The notes: generated by a model from the sequence alone, not told the origin. Shown: positions 18,643 through 28,429, counted from the stretch's first letter. The stretch is 64,000 bases of DNA from Bacteroidia bacterium (GCA_049115495.1 JAGDZV010000001.1:705907-769906); one strand, 5' to 3'. Made by a program: numbers and translations.

Positions 18643-20052
18643 ATGGCTCGCAAAAGCAGAAATTTTGAATTAAAAAGCGTTGATGTAATTGATATTGACG
18701 CAAAAGGCCGCGGTGTTGTAAAGCATGAAGAAAAGGTAATTTTTGTACCAGATACATGCCCCGGCGATACCATCTCACTTAGAACTTTTAAAAAGAAGAA
18801 AAACTATTTTGAAGGTAGACTTCTTGAACTTGAAACTAAATCGAGCGATAGAGTTGAACCTTTTTGTGAGCATTACGATGATTGCGGCGGCTGCAAGCTT
18901 CAACACATTTCATATAAAAAACAACTTGAGTTAAAAGAGAAGCAAGTTTTTGATGCCATTACTCGCATAGCAAAAGTGCCTTACCAAGAGTTTCTGCCCA
19001 TTTTAGGCTGTAATGAAACCGAGCGATATAGAAACAAGTTAGAGTTCTCAGCTTCAAACAAACGTTGGATTACTAAGGCTGAATCGGCTACAGAAAAAGA
19101 TTTTCCTGAAGAGAATGGGCTTGGTTTTCACATTGCGGGCAGGTTTGATAAGATTTTACACGTAGAGAAATGCCATTTTCAACCAGAACCTAGCAATGCC
19201 ATAAGAAACTTTGTTTACCATTTTGCTGAAAAAAGCGGAGCTGACTTTTATGATCCAAGAGCACATCAGGGACAATTACGCTCAGTTTTGATCAGAAATA
19301 ATGAAGAAGGCGATTTTATGGTGTCCATTATGGTAACTAGCCAAGGTGTTGACTTTGCCAAAACTGTTTTAAGCGAACTTAAAAATGAGTTTCCACAGAT
19401 AAAATCGGGCCTTTTAATTGAAAACAATAAGGTAAACGATACTATTTATGATCTTGAACCAGAAGTTGTTTTTGGAGAAGCATACATTACCCAGAATATT
19501 TTTGGTCTTGAGTTTGAAGTTGATGCCAAATCATTTATGCAAACCAACTCAAAACAAACGCTAAAGCTTTATTCATTAGCTAAAGAATTTGCGGGGCTTA
19601 AAGGCAATGAAGTGGTTTACGATCTGTTTTGCGGTGTAGGTACCATAGGCATGTATTTGAGCAATAGCTGCAAAGAGGTAATTGGTATTGAAACTGTGCC
19701 TGAAGCCATTATTAAGGCCAATAAAAATGCCAAACACAATCAAATTGAAAACATAAAATTTGAAACAGGATCAGTTGAGCATGTAATGACTGATGAATTC
19801 AGAAATAAATATCCTGCACCTGATGTTGTAATTACCGATCCACCAAGAATGGGCATGCACCAAAAGGTAGTAGACATGCTATTAAAAATGGCTCCAGAAA
19901 AAATCGTTTATGTAAGTTGTAACCCTAGCACCCAGTCTAGAGATATAGCTTTATTAAACGAAAAATACGAGCTGGTAAAAGTGCAACCAGTAGATATGTT
20001 TCCGCATACGCCGCATATTGAGAGTGTTGCCCTTTTGAATTTGAAAATGTAA
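18643..20052 (+). CDS. rlmD: 23S rRNA (uracil-5-)-methyltransferase RlmD/RumA
   Basis: Three parts in order: a TRAM domain N-terminus, an Fe-S Cys cluster (CEHYDDCGGCKLQH), and a SAM methyltransferase region (DLFCGVGTIG) with the catalytic C-terminus (DPPRMG...YVSCNP). Confidence 0.8.
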   Translation: MARKSRNFELKSVDVIDIDAKGRGVVKHEEKVIFVPDTCPGDTISLRTFKKKKNYFEGRLLELETKSSDRVEPFCEHYDDCGGCKLQHISYKKQLELKEKQVFDAITRIAKVPYQEFLPILGCNETERYRNKLEFSASNKRWITKAESATEKDFPEENGLGFHIAGRFDKILHVEKCHFQPEPSNAIRNFVYHFAEKSGADFYDPRAHQGQLRSVLIRNNEEGDFMVSIMVTSQGVDFAKTVLSELKNEFPQIKSGLLIENNKVNDTIYDLEPEVVFGEAYITQNIFGLEFEVDAKSFMQTNSKQTLKLYSLAKEFAGLKGNEVVYDLFCGVGTIGMYLSNSCKEVIGIETVPEAIIKANKNAKHNQIENIKFETGSVEHVMTDEFRNKYPAPDVVITDPPRMGMHQKVVDMLLKMAPEKIVYVSCNPSTQSRDIALLNEKYELVKVQPVDMFPHTPHIESVALLNLKM

Positions 20053-20171
20053 CAGTTAGAAGTTTTAAGGATTTGTGATTTATAAATATTGATTTATTTA
20101 AAGACCTAAGTCTGCTCACCTAACTTAGTGTTTAATAAAGTGTTTGCAGTAGGTCAAGTTATTATCAGAAT

Positions 20172-20522
20172 ATGAAAAAAGATAAAGAAGCCAAACTACT
20201 AGAACTTAAGCAAGACCTTGAGTTTTACAAAGACGCCATAAAAACCATTGCCAATGAGATAATTGACAATGATGTGAGCCATTTTCCTGTTTTTATTGCG
20301 CATAAAGAGCCAATAGAGCTAGGCAGAAAAGTACTAGATGCCGAAGAGCTTGAAGCCAAGTGGGATATAAGTGCCAGCTTGCTTGAAGAGTTTGTAGCCA
20401 AAGGGTTAGTTGAAGAAGATAAACTCGATGAGTTCAAAGCCGCATTTAAAGATTCAAAAACGCACATGTGTGTGTTTGCGGCTGACAAAGAGATTGGGAA
20501 CTTTATTTTCTTGCCCTATTAA
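20172..20522 (+). CDS. hypothetical protein
   Basis: 116-aa acidic ORF with no motif. The antisense ORF 20225-20488 was judged spurious. Confidence 0.4.
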   Translation: MKKDKEAKLLELKQDLEFYKDAIKTIANEIIDNDVSHFPVFIAHKEPIELGRKVLDAEELEAKWDISASLLEEFVAKGLVEEDKLDEFKAAFKDSKTHMCVFAADKEIGNFIFLPY

Positions 20523-20565
20523 GACTGAAAAGCCCTTGAAAGTGGTTCAAGGACTAATTCAGCTT

Positions 20566-21729
20566 TTAACCTTTTAATACGCCTAGCGGCTTAAGCTCTA
20601 CCACTATTTCGGCTAGGTCTTTTTGGTTTTCCATTACTACATCAATGTTTTTGTAGGCCGATGGCGCTTCATCTAAATCTTTGGCATGACGCATGCCATG
20701 TACAACGCCTTGGCTTTCTAAATGGGCGATTTCAGCTTCAAGATTTAGCTCTCTTTGCGCTTGTCTCCTACCCATTTTTCTTCCGGCGCCGTGGCTACAA
20801 GACTCAAAACTCTCTGGATTTCCTAAGCCTTTTACAATGTATGAGCTTGTTCCCTGAGAGCCTGGAATCATTCCGAACTCCCCTTCTCTTGCTCTTGTAG
20901 CTCCCTTTCTGTGCACCAGTACATTGCTGCCAAAATGATTTTCCCAAGCTGCAAAGTTGTGGCTCTTGTTAATGATCTCATCGGTTTCAAATTCACCAAC
21001 CACCGCCTTTAGAGACTCAACCATTGAGTTCATCATGTGCTTTCTGTTGTTCAAAGCGAACTCAATACAATAGTTCATTTCGGCCAAGTAGTCTTTAGCC
21101 TCAAGAGATTCAATAGGAAAAAATGCAAGCTCCATTTTTTTGGTAACCACCGAATGAAAACGCTCATTGAGCCTTTGCGCTAAAATATTGTAATGCTTAG
21201 CCACCGCATAACCAATGTTTCTAGAGCCAGAATGAATCATAATCCAGATATGGCCGTCAGAACCCTTTTGCAATTCAACAAAATGGTTTCCGCCACCAAG
21301 TGTTCCCACTTGCTTTTGAGCTGCAACATAGTGTCTGTTTACTATTCTCAGTTCTTTTTCAGGTAACTCTGGCATCCAGCTTAGGTCTTGCTTCTCATCA
21401 TGTCGGTTCATTCCCAATGGAATCCTTTTTCTGGCTTCGCCTAAGGTTTTCTTGATGTCTTCAGTTTCAAGCTCGGTAAGTTCAGTTCTCAAGGCACACA
21501 TTCCACAACCAATATCAACACCTACCGCATTTGGCACCACCACATCTTTTGTAGCTAGAATTGAACCTATTGGCATGCCGTAACCTTGGTGGCTATCTGG
21601 CATCAACGGAATATGCTTAAACGCAAATGGCAAGTTGGCCAAGTTTTTAGCTTGCGCCAAGGCTCCCGGCTCTAAATCATCTAACCAAAGTTTAATTGGC
21701 TTGCTCTCAGTTGAAATTACTTTTTTCAT
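20566..21729 (-). CDS. rtcB: RNA-splicing ligase RtcB
   Basis: Conserved metal-site motifs PLMPDSHQGYGMPIGS, GVDIGCGM and GGNHFVE. The N-terminus aligns well with E. coli RtcB. Confidence 0.8.
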   Translation of the reverse strand: MKKVISTESKPIKLWLDDLEPGALAQAKNLANLPFAFKHIPLMPDSHQGYGMPIGSILATKDVVVPNAVGVDIGCGMCALRTELTELETEDIKKTLGEARKRIPLGMNRHDEKQDLSWMPELPEKELRIVNRHYVAAQKQVGTLGGGNHFVELQKGSDGHIWIMIHSGSRNIGYAVAKHYNILAQRLNERFHSVVTKKMELAFFPIESLEAKDYLAEMNYCIEFALNNRKHMMNSMVESLKAVVGEFETDEIINKSHNFAAWENHFGSNVLVHRKGATRAREGEFGMIPGSQGTSSYIVKGLGNPESFESCSHGAGRKMGRRQAQRELNLEAEIAHLESQGVVHGMRHAKDLDEAPSAYKNIDVVMENQKDLAEIVVELKPLGVLKG

Positions 21730-21740
21730 CTTAGTTAAAA

Positions 21741-21800
21741 GTTTAACGTTTAAGGTTTAAAGACTCTTTAAATTTTGAACTTTAAACTCTTAAACTTTTT
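21741..21800. repeat. AT-rich palindromic GGTTTAAAG-family intergenic repeat (REP-like), copy A
   Basis: GTTTAACGTTTAAGGTTTAAAGACTCTTTAAATTTTGAACTTTAAAC. It is related to the copies at 31105, 31371 and 33645. Confidence 0.45.
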
Positions 21801-21942
21801 TTGATGATTCAAAGATTTAGCACATGTACGCAGTGTATTTGCGGAGATAAAAAAAATCCAATTTTAACATAAAACTAAAAAATGAAACCTTTCAGAAAGT
21901 GCTTCTGTTAAACCAGCTACAAATAATTATTACAGCAGCTCC

Positions 21943-22500
21943 ATGCACTTGGCTCAATACTACCAACAGTTCGAAGATATTTTATCAGGCAATTACACTG
22001 AAGCTCCTTACCACAAAGAAGCCTATTTAGAATATGTTAAGCTTAACCGCTCTAGAATGAAACGCTGGAACAAAACGGGCAAAATTTTACCTGAACTTGA
22101 AGAAGTGGTTAGCCAAGTTGTGGCACCTCAGCATTGGCTTCTAATTACCGAGCCTTGGTGTGGCGATGCAGCTAACATTACACCGTTCTTTGAAAAAGTA
22201 GCTGGCTTAAACCCAAATATTAAGATTACCGTACAAAACAGAGATGCCGAGAACAGTGAAATTGAAAAGTACCTAACCAATGGCGGTAGATCGATTCCGA
22301 AGTTGATTATTAGAGATGAATCGGGAAAGGACCTTGCCGTTTGGGGCCCAAGACCAAAAGATGCTCAAGCGCTTTTCCTCAAGTTAAAGGAAGAAAACGC
22401 TGATTTTGAAAAACAAAAGGTAGCGCTGCTTACTTGGTACAATAAAAACAAAGGCTTGCAAATACAAGAAGAGTTGATTGATATTCTTCGATCCTTATAA
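21943..22500 (+). CDS. thioredoxin-family protein
   Basis: WCGDA redox-type motif in a thioredoxin-like fold context. 185 aa. Confidence 0.5.
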   Translation: MHLAQYYQQFEDILSGNYTEAPYHKEAYLEYVKLNRSRMKRWNKTGKILPELEEVVSQVVAPQHWLLITEPWCGDAANITPFFEKVAGLNPNIKITVQNRDAENSEIEKYLTNGGRSIPKLIIRDESGKDLAVWGPRPKDAQALFLKLKEENADFEKQKVALLTWYNKNKGLQIQEELIDILRSL

Positions 22501-22530
22501 AAAAAGCCCCGCGGCACACATTCCGCAGGG
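22494..22530 (-). terminator. rho-independent terminator
   Basis: GCCCCGCGG...CCGCAGGGC hairpin. In minus-strand orientation it is followed by a T-run, downstream of gene 22583-23737. Confidence 0.5.
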
Positions 22531-22582
22531 CAAAACACATAGATAAAACACAACTTTTAGTAGTTCATTGTTAGAATTTGAT

Positions 22583-23737
22583 CTAGAAAATTCTATATCT
22601 CAAGGTTAACAAAGCTTCATAATTGAAGTATTCTCTAAAGGCCAAAGTATTCGCTCTTTGATTATTAGAAAATCTTTTCATTAGGTCAAATTGAGCGCCT
22701 AAACTTATCTTTTCGGTAATACCCATTTCAGCTCTAAAGTCAATTCCTGTATAGAAATATTGAAGGTTTGCGCCCTCATTTGTTTTTAATTTGAAATGAT
22801 ATCTATGGGCAATTTTGGGATGGACACTTAAACTGATTTTATCGTTCTTATACTTCATCCTAATACCGAAATCATGTTGGGTGTAACCATATTTCTGAGT
22901 TGAGAAATCTAAGCGTGTAAAACTTCGAAGTGGTAGTTCTACATAGCCATTGGCGGTATACTTTCTTAATTTATATTCTGCCATTACATAAAACCAATCG
23001 CGTTCTTGTTCATTGTAATAACTATCATCATCAAATCCATCACCTTCATCATCAATTACTTCTACAGGGCCGGTGTAGTTTACATCATAGTACTTTCTAA
23101 AATGAGTTTCAAAGGATTTAAACACTTTGTATTCATTTTTACCCATAGAAAACTCCTTCTCAATATTTAGGTAAGTACCTACAGCATTATACATTAGGGA
23201 ATTGTTATCTGCAGTTGGATAGTCTTTGTATTGATAAAAAGCACCTAACCTTCTTACATAGCCAGACTTTCTTCTTTCATATTCTAAAGGAATTCTCATT
23301 TGTGAAAATGAAAGAGGTGTTCTTATAGCACCTTGCCTTTGGTCAACTCCATTTTGACGGTAAGTCGCAAATTGTGGCACCAATCTTAAGTATTTGTTTA
23401 CACCCAATTTGTATCTAATTGGCGCTTCAATTCTCATTCTATAGCTGTGCGCATCAGCATTTGTAAAAAACTGTTGCGTGCTTGCACTTGATTTCAGTTT
23501 GTAGTAGAATCTATCGGTTTTGTAGCTGGTGCTAAACCTTAGCTGAGAATAATAGAAAAAACCGTTTTGATACATATCCCATCGCTCAAGGGTATCATTT
23601 CCATCAAAATAGAATGAAGGATTTTTGAATATATTGGTCTCGTAACCAATTCCATTTTTAAAATCTAGTTTGCTCTGAGCGTAAGTTATACTGCCCAATA
23701 TGTTTAAGATTAAGGCTGAAATGATTCGCTTTTTCAT
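22583..23737 (-). CDS. outer-membrane beta-barrel protein
   Basis: Signal peptide, alternating amphipathic beta-strand pattern, and a C-terminal aromatic residue (…LRYRIF). It is the last gene of the Tgase/ATP-grasp/peptide operon. Confidence 0.5.
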   Translation of the reverse strand: MKKRIISALILNILGSITYAQSKLDFKNGIGYETNIFKNPSFYFDGNDTLERWDMYQNGFFYYSQLRFSTSYKTDRFYYKLKSSASTQQFFTNADAHSYRMRIEAPIRYKLGVNKYLRLVPQFATYRQNGVDQRQGAIRTPLSFSQMRIPLEYERRKSGYVRRLGAFYQYKDYPTADNNSLMYNAVGTYLNIEKEFSMGKNEYKVFKSFETHFRKYYDVNYTGPVEVIDDEGDGFDDDSYYNEQERDWFYVMAEYKLRKYTANGYVELPLRSFTRLDFSTQKYGYTQHDFGIRMKYKNDKISLSVHPKIAHRYHFKLKTNEGANLQYFYTGIDFRAEMGITEKISLGAQFDLMKRFSNNQRANTLAFREYFNYEALLTLRYRIF

Positions 23738-23739
23738 AG

Positions 23740-23904
23740 TTAAGGGTTTTTAGCTACTTGCTGGTTTATTAAAGGTTGAATCTCGAAGTGGTCAACAGAT
23801 ACTACTTGTACTTCTTGGGTGAGCCCAAGGTGATCTATCATGGCTAGGCCAATTAACGCGCCTAACAAAATGAGAAAGTGGATTTTTGGCTTTGTGATTT
23901 TCAT
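23740..23904 (-). CDS. 54-aa small membrane/secreted peptide, translationally coupled to the ATP-grasp gene
   Basis: Not in the supplied ORF track because it is under 60 aa. Its ATG overlaps the ATP-grasp TGA in an ATGA arrangement at 23901-23904. Sequence: MKITKPKIHFLILLGALIGLAMIDHLGLTQEVQVVSVDHFEIQPLINQQVAKNP. It ends 2 nt before the OMP gene start. Confidence 0.4.
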   Translation of the reverse strand: MKITKPKIHFLILLGALIGLAMIDHLGLTQEVQVVSVDHFEIQPLINQQVAKNP

Positions 23905-24773
23905 GCTGCGTGATTTTTATTGTTGATGATGGTTTTAAGTCCTTTTCTATTGGCCATTTGAATTCCCAAACCTGGCCTTACGTTTACCTCAATTACTCCC
24001 GGCCCTTCATGTTGATCTATGATCAAGTCTACTCCGAGATATTTTAGCGGAAACACTTTTGAAGTAGCCTTTGAGATTTTTATGATCTCATTCCAATGTG
24101 GCAAAACCTTACCAGTAATTATCTCGTGGCTGTCAGGGTGTACTGCTAGATATCCTTTGCCATTGTAGGCATCCATTAAAGTGCCTGTTTTAAGGTCAAT
24201 TCCTACTCCTAAACCACCCTGATGCAAATTTGCTTTGCCATCAGACTCATTTGTTGGTAGCCTAAGCATGGCCATTACAGGTGTATGCTTATAAGTTATC
24301 ACCCTAATATCTGGCACTCCTTTGCTGTATATTTTCCCAAAGAATTCATGCGGTATTATGCACTGCTCAATGATTACTTTATCATCGTCAGAGAAAGAGT
24401 ATAAACCGAATATGGTGTTGGCAATGTGGCTGAAAATTCTATCAAGAGAAAGCTCTTTATCGCCACTAAACCATTGATTACCTACTTTTTTCATGATTAA
24501 GATGCCAGAACCACCCCTACCGCATGCTGGTTTTAATACCAATCTTTGATGATGCTCAACTGAATTCCAAACTTTTTCAATCTCCCCTATTCTGTTTATA
24601 ACACCATAGGTTTCTGGAGTTCTAATTCTGTTTTTCTGTAAAATACCTTTTGCCAGTACTTTGTCATCGGCCAGTTTATAATGTTGCCTTGGATTGTTTG
24701 GGTAAATGAAGTTGATATTTCGCTCATTTATACCCATATACTCCTTTCTTATTTGCTTTAATTTCTTAAACAT
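23901..24773 (-). CDS. RimK-like ATP-grasp (alpha-L-glutamate ligase-related) protein
   Basis: ATP-grasp core motifs (LVLKPACGRGGSGI; GVIEVNVRPGLG). The size and arrangement match the RimK-related family that travels with transglutaminase-7TM proteins. Confidence 0.65.
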   Translation of the reverse strand: MFKKLKQIRKEYMGINERNINFIYPNNPRQHYKLADDKVLAKGILQKNRIRTPETYGVINRIGEIEKVWNSVEHHQRLVLKPACGRGGSGILIMKKVGNQWFSGDKELSLDRIFSHIANTIFGLYSFSDDDKVIIEQCIIPHEFFGKIYSKGVPDIRVITYKHTPVMAMLRLPTNESDGKANLHQGGLGVGIDLKTGTLMDAYNGKGYLAVHPDSHEIITGKVLPHWNEIIKISKATSKVFPLKYLGVDLIIDQHEGPGVIEVNVRPGLGIQMANRKGLKTIINNKNHAA

Positions 24774-24776
24774 GGC

Positions 24777-26315
24777 TTATTGATTTATTGGTTGAAAATT
24801 GAATCGATTGTACTCAAGCACTCTAAGCCCTATCCATTTGCCTAGCAGTAGAGAGATTCCAGCAACAAGCATTAAGGTTTCTGGAAAAGTGATGATGAAA
24901 TCAAGTATGATTTGAGATGAAACTATTAGAAAGCACAATACTGTAATCAGCAAAGTTTGTATGTAAAGTTTGGCAGCTTCGGTTAATCCATCTTCATCTA
25001 CTTTTTGGGCAAATCTTTCGGCTGTGAGCGTAAGTACTATTATTGGAAAGAACAGTGCCAGGTCACTTTTATTAAAGCTTATTAGGTTGAAAAAGTGGAT
25101 TGACACCAAACATGTGACCACAACAGCAGTGAGCATTATTACCACTTTTGGTGTATGTTGAACACCCCATTTATTTAGTGGACCGCTCAATAAACTTATG
25201 ATCACAATAATGATTGAGAACAATACTAATCCCTGAACAAAGCCTGTTTCTACAAGCGCTAGGGCAATGAGTACAGGTAGAAAAACACCAAAGCTTTTTA
25301 AACCAATAATATTCTTGAGTAGTGCAACGATCAATGCCCCAAGTGGTAGCATTAATAATGCTCTAAGTAGGTTATTGCTAAGCTTGTTCTTCATTATTAT
25401 AGACTTTAAGTTGAGCATGGCGTAGTTTGAAAAATGATTTACTTCTAAAGGCTCTATGTGATACCTGTAATCGAAAGACTGCTTTCCTGTTCGTGTTATT
25501 AGAAAATGGTCGCCGTTGTAGATCTTTAAATAGTTTACCGGCAAACTGGCAAAGTATCCGTTGAAAGGATCAAATGGAATCCATTGATCGGCTAATTTGA
25601 TCTCGGTCCATGCATGCGAAGTCTTTTTTTCGTTTCGTTCTAATATGAGCCCGCCCACCATTCTTGACTCAAAACCCGTAGCTCTAGCTAAGGCTACAAA
25701 CAATCTACTTTTACCATTGCAGCTAGCCTCGTTATTGTGCAAGGCCATAGTTGCACTTGTAAGTAGGCTTGTGCTCTTTTTGGGCATATCAAATACGTAA
25801 TTGTATAGTGCGTTTATACCTTCAATTGTATTGGTGCTATTTTCAGTTAAATACTCTGCCAGCAGCTCTATTGATGTATTTGTATGATCAATTAGCTCAT
25901 TATCAAAAAATGTGTTTTTAAAAGTAGATGTACTTGGCATCGGAATTTTATTGTCAAGCTCATATTTTATGGGCTTGGTAATACAATCAAATTCTAGCTT
26001 TATTTCTTGAGATTTTTGGGAAACACCAACCCATTCTATCTTGTGGTTTTCATTTTCAAAAAACTCTTTGTTAAGCGAATCACTTTTTGAGCTAAAAATG
26101 ATCTGTTGCCTTTGGTCATTAACTGGAATAAAAGTTGAAACCTTAAAGTCTCCTGTTCCTAATAGATCAAAGTTGTAAGAAACCTTATGCTTTAAAACCG
26201 ATTCCCACGGGTTTGATACTGAATCATTCTTTTTATACCTAAGTGAAATCAAAATCAGCGGAATGCTAATGAGCAGAAAGGCTGCGATTCTTACTTGTGC
26301 TATTGAACTTTTCAT
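24777..26315 (-). CDS. transglutaminase-like domain fused to C-terminal multi-TM (7TM) module
   Basis: Transglutaminase-like Cys/His/Asp core (NEASCNGKSRLFVALARATGFESRMVGG...SHAWTEI...FDP), followed by about seven hydrophobic helices. Confidence 0.6.
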   Translation of the reverse strand: MKSSIAQVRIAAFLLISIPLILISLRYKKNDSVSNPWESVLKHKVSYNFDLLGTGDFKVSTFIPVNDQRQQIIFSSKSDSLNKEFFENENHKIEWVGVSQKSQEIKLEFDCITKPIKYELDNKIPMPSTSTFKNTFFDNELIDHTNTSIELLAEYLTENSTNTIEGINALYNYVFDMPKKSTSLLTSATMALHNNEASCNGKSRLFVALARATGFESRMVGGLILERNEKKTSHAWTEIKLADQWIPFDPFNGYFASLPVNYLKIYNGDHFLITRTGKQSFDYRYHIEPLEVNHFSNYAMLNLKSIIMKNKLSNNLLRALLMLPLGALIVALLKNIIGLKSFGVFLPVLIALALVETGFVQGLVLFSIIIVIISLLSGPLNKWGVQHTPKVVIMLTAVVVTCLVSIHFFNLISFNKSDLALFFPIIVLTLTAERFAQKVDEDGLTEAAKLYIQTLLITVLCFLIVSSQIILDFIITFPETLMLVAGISLLLGKWIGLRVLEYNRFNFQPINQ

Positions 26316-26372
26316 ATCGTTGTGTTTAGAAGTGAAACAGTTCGATTTTAATTTACCCTACCCTTGTTTTAT

Positions 26373-26407
26373 GAGTTTTGAGTTTTGAGTTCTAAGTTTT
26401 GAGTTTT
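26373..26407. repeat. heptanucleotide tandem repeat (GAGTTTT-like x5)
   Basis: GAGTTTT GAGTTTT GAGTTCT AAGTTTT GAGTTTT in the divergent promoter region between the Tgase operon and the ECF sigma gene. Confidence 0.5.
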
Positions 26408-26499
26408 ACATTTTTCACTTCAACTTGATTATCAGTAAATTAGATGAGTTGAAAAACTTTGTTGACTTGATTTTCAGATATTTTCCTTTTGTTTGAGAC

Positions 26500-27021
26500 A
26501 TGAGAGTAGTTGGCGCAACAGGCGTTTGCGAAGAATCGGTTTACAATCAGGTTTTTAAAACAGAGTCTCCAGGGCTTTTTAGGTTCTTAACCTATAAAAC
26601 GGGCAGCGAAACAAAAGCCAGGGACATACTACAAGATAGCTTTGCTAAACTTTGGGAAAAGTGTGCTGATGTGCTGCCTGAAAAGGCGAAATCATTCCTT
26701 TTTACCATAGCCAATAATGCATTTTTAAATGAAGTAAAAAGAGAAAAGGTAAGGTTTGAATATGCTCCAATAACACATAAAAGTGATCTAGACATAGAGT
26801 CTCCAGAATACAAAATGCGTTATGATGAGTACAAACAGAGTTTAGAAGAAGCCATTAACAACTTACCGGAAGGCCAACGCGAAGTATTTCTATTAAACCG
26901 AGTTGAAAAACACACGTATAAAGAAATTGCTGAAATGCTCGATGTGAGTCAAAAAGCTATTGAGAAGCGAATGAGCAAAGCGCTTCAGAAGCTGAAGGAA
27001 ATACTTACCATTAAGGAGTGA
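26500..27021 (+). CDS. ECF-type RNA polymerase sigma-70 factor
   Basis: Region 2 (ARDILQDSFAKLWEK) and region 4 HTH (YKEIAEMLDVSQKAIEKRMSKALQKLK). The true start may lie downstream of the first ATG. Confidence 0.75.
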   Translation: MRVVGATGVCEESVYNQVFKTESPGLFRFLTYKTGSETKARDILQDSFAKLWEKCADVLPEKAKSFLFTIANNAFLNEVKREKVRFEYAPITHKSDLDIESPEYKMRYDEYKQSLEEAINNLPEGQREVFLLNRVEKHTYKEIAEMLDVSQKAIEKRMSKALQKLKEILTIKE

Positions 27022-27022
27022 T

Positions 27023-27056
27023 GAGTTTTGAATGTTGAATGTTGAATGTTGAATTC
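27023..27056. repeat. heptanucleotide tandem repeat (TGAATGT x3-4)
   Basis: GAGTTTTGAATGTTGAATGTTGAATGTTGAATTC immediately after the sigma stop codon. Confidence 0.45.
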
Positions 27057-27085
27057 TAAATATTTCTGGAGAACAAATTTTAAAT

Positions 27086-27427
27086 ATGAGAATGACAGTT
27101 GCCCAGAGTAAAAAAATAAGACTAATTCGTGTAGAAGGAATAGATTACTTCTGGACGGCAAAGCATAATTGGGATTCGGAAAAATTATTCCTAAGAATTG
27201 GACTTAAAGAACAGCCAAACTACTTTTTCACTTTAAGCCTGCCTATTAATTCCGAGCGCCTTTTCTTTCCAAATTATGAAACGAATAAATCTTTTGGTGT
27301 AGTAACACCTTCCCTCATTTCAGAGATAATAAAAATTGGAAATAAAAATTTAGATTGGAAAAACAAAAAGCCAAGCGTTCTTGATAATGCTCTTCTGGAT
27401 ACTTCAATTCAAAATCTAAAATCTTAA
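27086..27427 (+). CDS. hypothetical protein
   Basis: 113-aa ORF lying between the sigma and anti-sigma genes. Confidence 0.4.
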   Translation: MRMTVAQSKKIRLIRVEGIDYFWTAKHNWDSEKLFLRIGLKEQPNYFFTLSLPINSERLFFPNYETNKSFGVVTPSLISEIIKIGNKNLDWKNKKPSVLDNALLDTSIQNLKS

Positions 27428-27487
27428 ATTTCAAAGTTGGGTAGGGTAAATGAAAACATAGATGTTTAATGAGTAGAATGATTAAAA

Positions 27488-28423
27488 ATGAATGATTGGA
27501 ATAAAGACGATACTTTTTTAGCACGTTGGCTTAGCAACGAACTTACCGAACAAGAAAAAAAGGCTTTTGAAGCATCAGACGAGTATGCCGACTACCTAAT
27601 ATTAAAGCAGACTACTGATAGCATTAAACCTTTGGACTTTGATGTAGTTAGTGAACTGAGCGAGCTCAAACAGAAGCTTACCCCTAAAAAAGAAGTCAAA
27701 AAAACACGCCCCATAAGAACCTGGTATATAGCCGCAGCTTCAGTTGTGCTTTTAATTGGTACTTTTTTAATTTATCAATTGCTTACTGAAGGTAATGGTC
27801 CAGTAGTTACAGAATCACTTGTGGCAAGTAAATCGAGCCTTGAGTTGCCTGATGGCTCTTTTGTAAAACTCAACAGCGAATCAAAAGTGACTTACAACCC
27901 TAAAAATTGGGAAGAAAACAGAAGCCTAACACTTGAGGGAGAAGCCTTTTTTGAAGTAAGTAAGGGATCTAAATTCACTGTTTCAACCAATAATGGAAGC
28001 GTTGAAGTGTTAGGAACTAGCTTTAACGTAAAAGACCGAAATAGCAAACTAGAAGTTTTATGCTACACGGGTAAAGTTAGAGTATCTTCTAGTAGCAATG
28101 AAAAAATAATTACTCCAGGACAAGGTGTGGTAATGAATGGTTCACAAATTGAAGAATTGAATTTTAATGCAACCCAGCCGGGTTGGTTAAATGGTGTAAT
28201 TTCATTTAACAACACTTCTCTTAAAGAAGCCGTTGAAGAATATGAAAGACAGTTTGGATTTAGCGTTGATCTTCCAGAAGCGTTGGCCAACGAACCATTT
28301 AATGGAAGCTTTCCTAGTTCAGACGCTTCAGCGGCAATTGAATTACTCTTAGGTGGATTCGAAAATTGCAACTACTCAATTGATACTAATTCAAAGCGCA
28401 TTACGGTTAATCTAAAGGAATAA
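27488..28423 (+). CDS. FecR-family anti-sigma factor
   Basis: Single TM (WYIAAASVVLLIGTFLIY), then a FecR-like periplasmic domain. It sits between the ECF sigma and the TonB receptor. Confidence 0.65.
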   Translation: MNDWNKDDTFLARWLSNELTEQEKKAFEASDEYADYLILKQTTDSIKPLDFDVVSELSELKQKLTPKKEVKKTRPIRTWYIAAASVVLLIGTFLIYQLLTEGNGPVVTESLVASKSSLELPDGSFVKLNSESKVTYNPKNWEENRSLTLEGEAFFEVSKGSKFTVSTNNGSVEVLGTSFNVKDRNSKLEVLCYTGKVRVSSSSNEKIITPGQGVVMNGSQIEELNFNATQPGWLNGVISFNNTSLKEAVEEYERQFGFSVDLPEALANEPFNGSFPSSDASAAIELLLGGFENCNYSIDTNSKRITVNLKE

Positions 28424-28429
28424 TTTCAT

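Noticed and set aside
26373-26407. CRISPR array or other spaced repeat in the heptamer-repeat region.
   Set aside because: The units are 7 nt and perfectly tandem with no spacers. No cas genes were seen anywhere in the window.
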